Positions 10,627 to 18,245 are shown, counted from the first letter of the stretch. The stretch is 26,744 bases of DNA from a virus (IMGVR_UViG_3300037449_000060:1-26744), one strand, 5' to 3'. Made by a program: numbers and translations. Notes: generated from the sequence alone by a model not told the origin.

Positions 10627-11091
10627 TTATTTATCAAAATATTTATCTGTTATAATATCTGCTTCTTTTTCCATAAGTTTAAATTCCTGTTGTGTTTTTG
10701 CAGGTAATGATATTATAAAATAATTATACAAATCTTTTTTAAAATCCTGTATGTATTTATTTTGTAAATCATAATGAATTTGTAAAGTTAATGATTCTAT
10801 GTTAGATAATCTTGAAAGATAAATAGAATCCATATAACTCCAGCACCAACTATAAAATTGATGCTTAAAAATTGAGTTAAGTTGTGAAACATCATATTGA
10901 CTTTGCTTTACTTGGGTTTCAAATTGTAAAATTTCAAAATTTATTTCCTTAATACTTTCATCTATTTCTTTATTAGTTTTATAATAATCATAAGAAAGAC
11001 TATTGAAATTATGCTGTAATTTGTTAAATTTCTTTTGTGAAACACAAGCAAACAAAAATGGAACGAGCAATAAAAACACTACTTTTTTCAT
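10627..11091 (-). CDS. Predicted lipoprotein with coiled-coil region
   Basis: Signal peptide MKKVVFLLLVPFLFA|C with a lipobox, followed by a heptad-rich helical segment. Confidence 0.75.
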   Translation of the reverse strand: MKKVVFLLLVPFLFACVSQKKFNKLQHNFNSLSYDYYKTNKEIDESIKEINFEILQFETQVKQSQYDVSQLNSIFKHQFYSWCWSYMDSIYLSRLSNIESLTLQIHYDLQNKYIQDFKKDLYNYFIISLPAKTQQEFKLMEKEADIITDKYFDK

Positions 11092-11130
11092 ACTGTATTA
11101 TTTAACTTTATAAATTATTCTGTAACTAAA

Positions 11131-11763
11131 TCATTGTTTATATTTACTAGATATCATACTTCCTATTATCTTTCCACCACCCCAAGCTAATTTAATTTTC
11201 TCTTCTTCTTTTTTTAATAGAACTTCATAGTTCTTATGTGTTTCTATTTGTTTAGGTATTTCTTTTGATATACCCATTAACTTCTCTTGATTTCCTATTA
11301 TTTGACTTGTAAGTTCATCTATTCTTTTTATATCTTCTGGATGTTCTGCTTTAACCTTTTTAGTTTGCTCAATAAGATATATTATAAGTTCATTTATTAT
11401 CTGTAATGTAGCATAAGAACTATTAAACGATTTAAGTATTTCATTGTTTAGTTTAATTATTATATTCTCTTGCTCAAGTCTATATCTATCTATTGCAAGT
11501 TCTACATCTTTATTTATAATATATCCATTAGGTAATTGTGCTGTATTAACTGCATAGTTATAAGCATCATCACCATTTAATCCATTCCTATTACAATAAC
11601 TCTTATAGTCTGCTATCTGATAAATATAATTAAATTCCTTAAAAGCTAATTCTTTTTTACTACTACTATCTTTATCTAATATCCTTTTGAACTCTGGAAT
11701 TAATAAAATTTCAGGAGTACTTAACTCAAGTTTATTATCATTGAATATAAATATACTAGTCAT
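11131..11763 (-). CDS. Conserved crAss-like protein upstream of the terminase (small-terminase candidate)
   Basis: 210 aa. ILLIPEFK.IL.KD....K..AFKEF.YIY..AD.KS motif and a coiled-coil C-terminus. The function is an inference from position only. Confidence 0.6.
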   Translation of the reverse strand: MTSIFIFNDNKLELSTPEILLIPEFKRILDKDSSSKKELAFKEFNYIYQIADYKSYCNRNGLNGDDAYNYAVNTAQLPNGYIINKDVELAIDRYRLEQENIIIKLNNEILKSFNSSYATLQIINELIIYLIEQTKKVKAEHPEDIKRIDELTSQIIGNQEKLMGISKEIPKQIETHKNYEVLLKKEEEKIKLAWGGGKIIGSMISSKYKQ

Positions 11764-12023
11764 TATATACTATGGTCTAAATAAATAAATGAATGACTAA
11801 TAATAGGTTCAACTATAGGATTAGTATTAAAAGTTTCACTAGGAATTAAGGATATAAGTATAGTTTCTTTTTTTCCATACTTTCCTTCTTTCTTTAATTG
11901 TTCTACATATTTAGCATGTTTAGCCCAATCTTCTTCAGTCCACCATTCACTTTCCATATCTCCAACACTACCTAAAGTAATATCAACACTATAAGTTTTA
12001 AGTTTATTATCTTTCATATACAT
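11763..12023 (-). CDS. Hypothetical protein (start moved to the ATG at 12023 or 12017)
   Basis: The ORF-track start at 12089 spans a terminator hairpin. ATGs at 12023 and 12017 follow an AT-rich leader. The stop overlaps the next start. Confidence 0.65.
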   Translation of the reverse strand: MYMKDNKLKTYSVDITLGSVGDMESEWWTEEDWAKHAKYVEQLKKEGKYGKKETILISLIPSETFNTNPIVEPIISHSFIYLDHSI

Positions 12024-12047
12024 CTTATTTAAATTATATTTAAAATT

Positions 12048-12073
12048 AAAAAAGGGGACTATGATTAGTCCCC
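12048..12073 (-). terminator. Intrinsic terminator (leftward)
   Basis: Perfect 8-bp stem ggggacta/tagtcccc (12054-12061/12066-12073) with a 4-nt loop. A6 on plus (12048-12053) gives a U-tract on minus. Lies about 20 nt after the stop at 12094. Confidence 0.85.
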
Positions 12074-12093
12074 ACGCAGACACAGACAAATAA

Positions 12094-12417
12094 TTACGGA
12101 GCAGTTATAATATTAGTATCTTTAACTTCAGCAGTAGTTAAAGTTGTATTATCAATTATAGTTATATTATTACCAAGTAACTCTGTTAAATCAAGAGACA
12201 CAATAGATTTACTAAATAATCCATCTAATATCTTTCCTAGAAATGTTGCATCAAATCCAACACCTATATTTATTATTAGATGTTTATCTGAATTAACAGA
12301 TATACTTTTAAGTATTAAATTCTTACTTTTCAATTCCTCTATAAATAAAACTACATCTCCTATAAGATGTACTACTTCATTTATAATAACTCCATCTTTA
12401 GTTAAAATAACTTTCAT
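12094..12417 (-). CDS. Hypothetical protein
   Basis: 107-aa ORF with an AT-rich leader, followed by a terminator. Confidence 0.7.
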   Translation of the reverse strand: MKVILTKDGVIINEVVHLIGDVVLFIEELKSKNLILKSISVNSDKHLIINIGVGFDATFLGKILDGLFSKSIVSLDLTELLGNNITIIDNTTLTTAEVKDTNIITAP

Positions 12418-12443
12418 ATTATTATAATTATTAATTTATTAAT

Positions 12444-12656
12444 TTATAACGTTACTATATTAGACCAATGGAATCTATAAGAAGCAGTATTTGATATAAT
12501 AGGTTTTACTAGTTTTTCCATATAGCTTAGTACTTTCATATTAATCTCTTCTATACTATCAGTATTAGGAACTTCTGCTAAGAAATAATAAATTTGTGCT
12601 AATATTACACCATTTACTTCCCACCAATAACTAACTAATATATTCTTCATATTCAT
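12444..12656 (-). CDS. Hypothetical protein
   Basis: 70 aa, tightly packed in the operon. Confidence 0.6.
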   Translation of the reverse strand: MNMKNILVSYWWEVNGVILAQIYYFLAEVPNTDSIEEINMKVLSYMEKLVKPIISNTASYRFHWSNIVTL

Positions 12657-12658
12657 TA

Positions 12659-12862
12659 TTAATTCATTGTACTTCTCATATTATCATAAACATCACCATT
12701 TATTCTAACATGATTAATTGTTACAAGTATATCTTCTTCTTTTAAAGGACAATCTCTTCTAAAGCCTTCTACTAATCTAATAGGTAGATGTAATAATTTA
12801 CATTCTAAATCATGTTCTAAAGGACATTCAATACAACCTACTGAATTATATAATATTCTCAT
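12659..12862 (-). CDS. Small Cys-rich protein (CxxCP...C...CPL)
   Basis: 67 aa. CIECP, EC and DCPL form a pattern common in small phage Zn-binding proteins. ATGA overlap with the upstream gene. Confidence 0.7.
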   Translation of the reverse strand: MRILYNSVGCIECPLEHDLECKLLHLPIRLVEGFRRDCPLKEEDILVTINHVRINGDVYDNMRSTMN

Positions 12863-13128
12863 ATTTTTTTTGGATTAGGATAACCATCTAAATATAATAA
12901 TTTAAGGAGTATTCTTAACTCATCTTTAGTTTCTATATAACCACTAAAAACTTGACTAATTACATTTCCTCTATCATAAAATATTTGAATACTATTTACA
13001 TCACCTTCCATTATTTCTGCTTCATAATATAATTCTATAAATCGATTTCCTTTGTATGAATCAAATATATTTGGGTTATCCCATGATTGATTAAAACCAG
13101 ATTCTATTATATTACTTATTGTTATCAT
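12859..13128 (-). CDS. Hypothetical protein
   Basis: 89 aa with ATGA overlaps on both sides. Confidence 0.7.
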   Translation of the reverse strand: MITISNIIESGFNQSWDNPNIFDSYKGNRFIELYYEAEIMEGDVNSIQIFYDRGNVISQVFSGYIETKDELRILLKLLYLDGYPNPKKI

Positions 13129-14084
13129 ATCATCATTATAATTTGATTATTCTTAATATTACTTTCTTTATAATGTTCAAACATATTCTGAACATCCTCT
13201 TTAAGATATTTTATAGATAAAAACTCAATCTTTTCTTTACCTATTAATTCAGGCATTGTATTTACTATATAATCATTTTCATCATATAGTTCATGTCTTA
13301 TATGACACAATATATTAGAAGCACATTTAAGACCAAAGCCTTCAATTAAATAATTATATATACTTAATTGTAGTGTGTATTTATTTTTAGTACTAGCAGT
13401 TAAATGACATAATGGATAACTAAAATATTTATGTGTTTCTATAAAATTATCAGTTACATTTCCATACTCATCTTTCTCATAATACCCACTTAATTCAGAT
13501 ATATTATCTCTATTAGTTTTCCAATCTAATATAATAAATGAATTGCCTTTAACTAATAATATATCTATTAATCCACTAATTAAATAATCAGAATTAAAAG
13601 CACCTATTTCAGAATATATTTTATATCCTTCATTAGTATAATATTCTAATAGTATATAAATTTGAGGATATTTATCTTTAATACCTGTTTTAACAAAATA
13701 TTCTAATTCTATCTTTCCAAAAGTATCATTTTCAAGTATATCAGGTATAGTATATATTCTATCATTAATATAATTACCTTCAACTCTTTTATAACCATTA
13801 GAATTTTTAACTGTATGTTCTAAGAAGTCATGTCTATCATTACCTCTGGCACATGCTATAATTCTTGCTGCATCCCATTCTTCTATTAATTGTTTAGCTG
13901 TCTTACCTATATATTTAGGATTACCCATTCTACCTGCTTTCTCACAATTTTTAGCAACTTCTTTACTATCAAATTTATCATAATAATTAGCTACTAATGT
14001 AGTACAGGATATATACGGATTACCAAGATTATCTGTATATTTATGGTTCTTCTCATCGAAATATATAATCTTATTTTTATTCAT
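13125..14084 (-). CDS. PD-(D/E)XK nuclease (exonuclease-like)
   Basis: FDEKNHKY, S.TT, RG...H, E.....ISGLID...ILDWKT and Y.LQLSIY motifs of the PD-(D/E)XK superfamily. Typical near crAss terminases. Confidence 0.88.
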   Translation of the reverse strand: MNKNKIIYFDEKNHKYTDNLGNPYISCTTLVANYYDKFDSKEVAKNCEKAGRMGNPKYIGKTAKQLIEEWDAARIIACARGNDRHDFLEHTVKNSNGYKRVEGNYINDRIYTIPDILENDTFGKIELEYFVKTGIKDKYPQIYILLEYYTNEGYKIYSEIGAFNSDYLISGLIDILLVKGNSFIILDWKTNRDNISELSGYYEKDEYGNVTDNFIETHKYFSYPLCHLTASTKNKYTLQLSIYNYLIEGFGLKCASNILCHIRHELYDENDYIVNTMPELIGKEKIEFLSIKYLKEDVQNMFEHYKESNIKNNQIIMMI

Positions 14085-14085
14085 A

Positions 14086-14553
14086 TTATATATCAGTTGG
14101 TAAATATAATTCTACCATATAAGGTATTTCTAATTGTTTATTATCTATTTTACCTACAATTCTATTATTACTATTACAATCAAGATTATCAACAACTTCA
14201 CTATATTTAACCCAATCAACATTTAATTGACTAGCCATCTTTTTTTCTATAAATGTAGCAAATTGATGTTCTTGATAATAAGGTGCTTTAGGGTCATTAC
14301 CTGGTTCATCATCATTATCTTCTTCTCTATTCTCTTCAAAATCTATATCAAATTTACTAATATCCTCTTCTTTAATACCTCTATCTGCACATAAATTTAA
14401 TTCTACTAATTCATGTAAAGCTATTAATAAATTATATTTATCATTACCTGTATCAGCTACTTCTATAATTTGTTTACCATTCTCTATAAAATAATCACCT
14501 GGAGTAATATATCTCATAGTATTAGGTTTTATAATTCTAATTATTGTGTCCAT
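14086..14553 (-). CDS. Putative metal-binding protein with an HExxE motif
   Basis: ALHELVE, then EPGNDPKAPYYQEHQFA..IE: a zincin-like arrangement of His/Glu residues. Confidence 0.65.
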   Translation of the reverse strand: MDTIIRIIKPNTMRYITPGDYFIENGKQIIEVADTGNDKYNLLIALHELVELNLCADRGIKEEDISKFDIDFEENREEDNDDEPGNDPKAPYYQEHQFATFIEKKMASQLNVDWVKYSEVVDNLDCNSNNRIVGKIDNKQLEIPYMVELYLPTDI

Positions 14554-14557
14554 TATA

Positions 14558-14800
14558 TTACCATTTATTTATTAGACAGTGTTCATTTTGTACTCTTATT
14601 TTACTATTAATAGGGCATTTGCATAAAGCACAATATTGTAATAAACCATTTCCTATTTTAATTAATACTTTAACATTAGGACACTTATTACATTGTTTAC
14701 TTCTTTCTATAACCCATTCTTCATTGTCTTTTAAATTAAATACATTATCTATTGTACCTTCAATTATATTGATTACTTTTTTACAATTCTGGCAGGGCAT
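14558..14800 (-). CDS. Zinc-finger protein
   Basis: 80 aa with CxxC, CxxCP, CxxCxC and a C-terminal C...KW. Confidence 0.75.
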   Translation of the reverse strand: MPCQNCKKVINIIEGTIDNVFNLKDNEEWVIERSKQCNKCPNVKVLIKIGNGLLQYCALCKCPINSKIRVQNEHCLINKW

Positions 14801-14829
14801 ATAATAATGTAATATATTTACAATGCTAA

Positions 14830-14979
14830 TTAAAAAAGAGTAATAGTATTTAGTAATTTGATAAATTTGATTCCAAATTTAGTAGTTCCAGAGATTTCCT
14901 TTGATTTCTTTGCTTCTTTAATTGCATTGGGAAGTCCCTTAATCCCTACTACTGTCTGTTTGATAACTACATTTTCCAT
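14830..14979 (-). CDS. Small basic hypothetical protein (49 aa)
   Basis: MENVVIKQTVVGIKGLPNAIKEAKKSKEISGTTKFGIKFIKLLNTITLF. First ORF after the promoter at 15010. Confidence 0.6.
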   Translation of the reverse strand: MENVVIKQTVVGIKGLPNAIKEAKKSKEISGTTKFGIKFIKLLNTITLF

Positions 14980-15009
14980 TTTATTTCATTTATTAGATTA
15001 AACAATATG

Positions 15010-15077
15010 CAAATGTACTATCTTTTTTCTTAGTTTCAACATCTAATCTATCACAGTTACTAACAGATTTATTAACA
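15010..15077 (-). promoter_or_regulatory. Leftward promoter: TACATTTG -7 box with upstream tandem TGTTA(A/G)TAA boxes
   Basis: caaatgta at 15010-15017 reads TACATTTG(CA) on minus. ttactaaca at 15057-15065 and ttattaaca at 15069-15077 (12-bp period). Confidence 0.75.
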
Positions 15078-15704
15078 TTATGCAGTTATATAATTTTTAG
15101 TAGTTCTAATTCTATCAAGTTCTAATAGTAAATAGATTATGCACTCTTGAAACTTAGTTATAATATAATTATAATGAGGTTTTAAGCCAACTATACTAAA
15201 CTTTATATCATAAGTGAACTTCAATAAAGCACATATTCTCTCAATATTATTATATCCTTTAAACAATTTAACATCAATATAATGTATAACAGGTAATCCT
15301 ATTCCAATTGTTTCACTCATTTCTAACTCACTATATCTATCCTCATCTTTCATTATATCTTCTTTACTACATAAATCCTGATTAATAATATTATTATAAT
15401 CTAAACCACTAATAGTATCTAACTTTAATATTTCTCTAATTAATAATATACCTTGCCTATAATCTGTTATTTCTTTACTAAAAGTAATTACATTATTAAT
15501 TTTAAATTGTTCCTCTACTTCATCATATTCAACCATATTTTTAGATACAGTTCTTACTTTATTACTAAGTTCATATAAATAATAGAGTTGCTTTCTTAAA
15601 GTAACTATGGTATTATAATAACTATCTTGTTCTCCTTTATGAATCTTATGTCCTAATTCATCATTAGTATATTCTTCTATCTTATTGTCTACTTCTTCAT
15701 TCAT
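15078..15704 (-). CDS. Hypothetical helical protein
   Basis: 208-aa ORF whose start overlaps the upstream stop. Confidence 0.75.
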   Translation of the reverse strand: MNEEVDNKIEEYTNDELGHKIHKGEQDSYYNTIVTLRKQLYYLYELSNKVRTVSKNMVEYDEVEEQFKINNVITFSKEITDYRQGILLIREILKLDTISGLDYNNIINQDLCSKEDIMKDEDRYSELEMSETIGIGLPVIHYIDVKLFKGYNNIERICALLKFTYDIKFSIVGLKPHYNYIITKFQECIIYLLLELDRIRTTKNYITA

Positions 15705-16101
15705 TTGATTTATTTTTAAGTGTCTGTTTGAATAGATTTATAGCTACTAAATCTTTATCTATATGATTAGCCTTTGATTCATTTACTTTTCTATCATACA
15801 TAGCATGCCTAATAGTCTGATAATCTGCACCAGATTTAGACATAGCTCTAGCATCTTCTATATTCTTGCTATGCCTAAATGTACCAAAATGAATCATATG
15901 CACATCTTCAAGAGTATCTATACCTTCTTTAATAATCTTATCTTGACTAATAAAGATGTCTAACAAAGTTCTAATTTTATCTTCTTTATTTAAAGAATTA
16001 AAATTAGATAACCATTGTTTATCTTCATCAGTCTTAATATTTATTATATTAGGATTATTAATAAATTTAGTAGCTATATTATTTCTATATTCTTTACTCA
16101 T
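15697..16101 (-). CDS. HU/IHF-like DNA-binding protein
   Basis: IIKEGIDTLEDVHMIHFGTFR resembles the HU/IHF I...L..G..V.L..FGTF motif. crAss-like phages are known to carry IHF-like genes. Confidence 0.6.
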   Translation of the reverse strand: MSKEYRNNIATKFINNPNIINIKTDEDKQWLSNFNSLNKEDKIRTLLDIFISQDKIIKEGIDTLEDVHMIHFGTFRHSKNIEDARAMSKSGADYQTIRHAMYDRKVNESKANHIDKDLVAINLFKQTLKNKSNE

Positions 16102-16103
16102 TA

Positions 16104-16649
16104 TTATTTCTCAAGAATAATTTTAGGTTTAGCTACTACTAAATTACTAGGTGCTGCATTAGATTTAGATATATATATTGGAGTAGCTTCTCCAATATAT
16201 CCATAAACTATATTATAATTAGGTGTTAATATATAAGCTATAATTTCTACACTTTCACCTTTTTTAATAAGTACTTCTCTATCTTCTCTAGGTAATTCAT
16301 TATAATAATCTCTAAGTTTTTCTATTTGTCTTTCATTACCTTCAACACTTATAGACCTAGCTAAATTAGTATCGTTTATTTCAACAAATACTCCTAAATG
16401 AATATCTCTAGTATCAGGCCCATATCCTACTACTTCAAATGTACTTTGTTTAAATCCACCTGGATTACCACTTTTATTACTCATTAATATTCCAGTAATT
16501 GTTCCTACTGTTTTGACTTTAAGCAATACATTATCCATTATAGGAACTGTATTAACTAATGATATAGGTTTACGTCTACCTTTATCTTCTACTTCTTTTA
16601 CTATTTCTATGGTATTACTATACCATTTACTTTTAACTTCTTCACTCAT
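16104..16649 (-). CDS. GroES/Cpn10-like co-chaperonin
   Basis: VPIMDNVLLKV...TGILMS...FEVVGYGPD...IHLG.FV aligns by eye to GroES (PL.DRVLV...GGI.L...GEVVAVGPG...VKVGD.V), with a long insertion. Confidence 0.65.
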   Translation of the reverse strand: MSEEVKSKWYSNTIEIVKEVEDKGRRKPISLVNTVPIMDNVLLKVKTVGTITGILMSNKSGNPGGFKQSTFEVVGYGPDTRDIHLGVFVEINDTNLARSISVEGNERQIEKLRDYYNELPREDREVLIKKGESVEIIAYILTPNYNIVYGYIGEATPIYISKSNAAPSNLVVAKPKIILEK

Positions 16650-16668
16650 AATTTGTGTTATTAAGTTA

Positions 16669-16803
16669 TTAATTATTAATTATCTGTTTTATATATTTCA
16701 TTAATCTACTCACTATTATATAAATACCTACAATTATAGTTCTAGCTATAAGGATAGCTCCAACTATTGTACATACTATTAAAGTAAATAAACTAGTTAT
16801 CAT
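16669..16803 (-). CDS. Small membrane peptide (44 aa)
   Basis: MITSLFTLIVCTIVGAILIARTIIVGIYIIVSRLMKYIKQIINN. ATGA overlap with the upstream micro-ORF. Confidence 0.5.
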   Translation of the reverse strand: MITSLFTLIVCTIVGAILIARTIIVGIYIIVSRLMKYIKQIINN

Positions 16804-16907
16804 ATAATCATTCTTGCATCAAAACCAATTCTATTACCACATATAGTGGTTCTTGTAAAATCACTTGCAAAACTAGTTGCAAATGGGCTATATACATTAT
16901 TATACAT
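16800..16907 (-). CDS. Micro-ORF (35 aa)
   Basis: MYNNVYSPFATSFASDFTRTTICGNRIGFDARMII, with an AT-rich leader and coupling to the next ORF. Confidence 0.45.
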   Translation of the reverse strand: MYNNVYSPFATSFASDFTRTTICGNRIGFDARMII

Positions 16908-16922
16908 ATATTTAATTATTAA

Positions 16923-17002
16923 ATTTCCTATTTATTTTTTAGTACTACATCTAGTAGATAGCTTATTTCCTATTTATTTTTTAGTACTATATCTACTACA
17001 TA
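16923..17002. repeat. Tandem direct repeat, 2 x 38 bp at a 42-bp period
   Basis: atttcctatttattttttagtactacatctagtagata (16923-16960) versus atttcctatttattttttagtactatatctactacata (16965-17002), 3 mismatches. Confidence 0.9.
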
Positions 17003-17157
17003 ATCTAAAAAGGTCTTAATTACCTATAATAAGTCCTCCTTTTTCTTCTATTTATAAAATTTTCATTTATATAAAAATTCATTTATTTTAAAAAATTTAA
17101 TTTATATTTTTAAATTTTTATTTTTTAAAATTTACCATCTTTAACCAATCACCGCCT

Positions 17158-17224
17158 CAAAGGTATTATAATTTTAAATACGCCCGACATTGAATTTTAA
17201 AAGTTATTAACAAAGTTATTAACA
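17158..17224 (-). promoter_or_regulatory. Main leftward promoter of the structural arm: TACCTTTG -7 box with upstream tandem TGTTAATAA boxes
   Basis: caaaggta at 17158-17165. ttattaaca at 17204-17212 and 17216-17224 (12-bp period). Same spacing as the promoters at 5607 and 15010. Confidence 0.75.
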
Positions 17225-17237
17225 TAAGACATCTCGC

Positions 17238-17253
17238 ATAGGTATATACCTAT
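17238..17253. repeat. Perfect 16-bp palindrome
   Basis: ataggtatatacctat equals its own reverse complement. Confidence 0.8.
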
Positions 17254-17676
17254 CTAGCATAGATGGTGTTGAACATAGCAGACCAAAATATAGACCTACT
17301 ATAGATACTACTATAAAATAAAGACTATCTACTAGATGTCCTATTATAAAAATAATACTTTATATTATAAGAAATATAATTAAATAAATATAAAGAAATA
17401 GTTTTAGAAATATAAGCTCATCTAACATAAATAGTATTGGAATTATAATAGATAAATTAATAGACTTTATAAAAATTATAATAATGTTAGAGTTAAATTT
17501 TGTAAGTCTACTAACTAAATAGGAATTGTAAACTATATAATTTATAAATGTAATAAGATAAATCTAATAGATAATTTCAAAAATGTATATGGCAATAATA
17601 TTATTATTGTAATTCATAATTATAAATAGATAAGTAAATATAAGCAATAGAAGATAACTATATAGACTTTGTAGTT

Positions 17677-17693
17677 TCCCCCTTTGGAGGAAA
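17677..17693 (+). repeat. 17-bp GC-rich element, copy 1 (inverted copy at 22632-22648)
   Basis: tccccctttggaggaaa is the exact reverse complement of tttcctccaaaggggga at 22632. Confidence 0.85.
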
Positions 17694-17868
17694 AAATGAT
17701 AGATTTTTAAAGTGATAAAAAAATTATAATAGATATTCTATAAATAGAATAACTTAAATAGATTTTGATAATAGTAAGTGTATTAAAGTAATGTAGATTG
17801 TATTATAGTTGATGTGAACCACCTACTTATAGCACCCTCTACTTGAATTTAGCAACCTTCTATCCCCA

Positions 17869-17876
17869 TATCTTTG
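17869..17876 (+). promoter_or_regulatory. Candidate rightward Bacteroidota-type -7 box
   Basis: TATCTTTG about 125 nt upstream of the first rightward ORF. No well-spaced -33 box. Confidence 0.4.
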
Positions 17877-17935
17877 ATTTTTTATAAAGATTTTATCATA
17901 GTAGTGTTGCTAATGAATTTGATAGTTCAGCTATT

Positions 17936-17958
17936 AGTACTGTTAACAGTACTGTTAA
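17936..17958. repeat. Two overlapping perfect palindromes (operator/hairpin candidate)
   Basis: agtactgttaacagtact (17936-17953, 18 bp) and ttaacagtactgttaa (17943-17958, 16 bp). Confidence 0.8.
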
Positions 17959-18001
17959 GCCTCTATTTGATTTTAGTATTAACATTTTAAATCATACTCA
18001 G

Positions 18002-18160
18002 ATGAAGAACGCAGTTAATTTTAAAGTAAGTTACTCTATTAAACGTAATGGAGTATTGGAGTGCCACAATAAGACCTTTAGTGATATAGTATCTGCTATG
18101 GAAACAGTTGACAAATTGGTTCGTACAGCAGCTAATTATATATCTATCAAAGCTGAATAA
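18002..18160 (+). CDS. Small hypothetical protein (52 aa), first rightward gene
   Basis: MKNAVNFKVSYSIKRNGVLECHNKTFSDIVSAMETVDKLVRTAANYISIKAE, with protein-like composition. Confidence 0.7.
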   Translation: MKNAVNFKVSYSIKRNGVLECHNKTFSDIVSAMETVDKLVRTAANYISIKAE

Positions 18161-18245
18161 TCTTCTAACGTTTGTAGGTGTTCGTATAAACCTTCATGTT
18201 GACTTTAAAAATGGTAATCAGTTTTTTTAATTTAATACTTTATAT

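Noticed and set aside
14544-16704. Plus-strand ORFs 14544-14804, 16015-16206 and 16513-16704
   Set aside because: They are antisense to better-supported minus-strand genes and have poor starts.
16923-17002. Tandem repeat read as a mini CRISPR array or a TAG-read-through peptide
   Set aside because: There are only two copies separated by 4 bp, so no spacer. The minus-strand frame has TAG stops and nothing else supports recoding.
17211-17218. TAACTTTG (minus strand) as an additional -7 box
   Set aside because: It arises from the junction of the two tandem boxes. The box at 17158-17165 is the one whose spacing matches the other two promoters.
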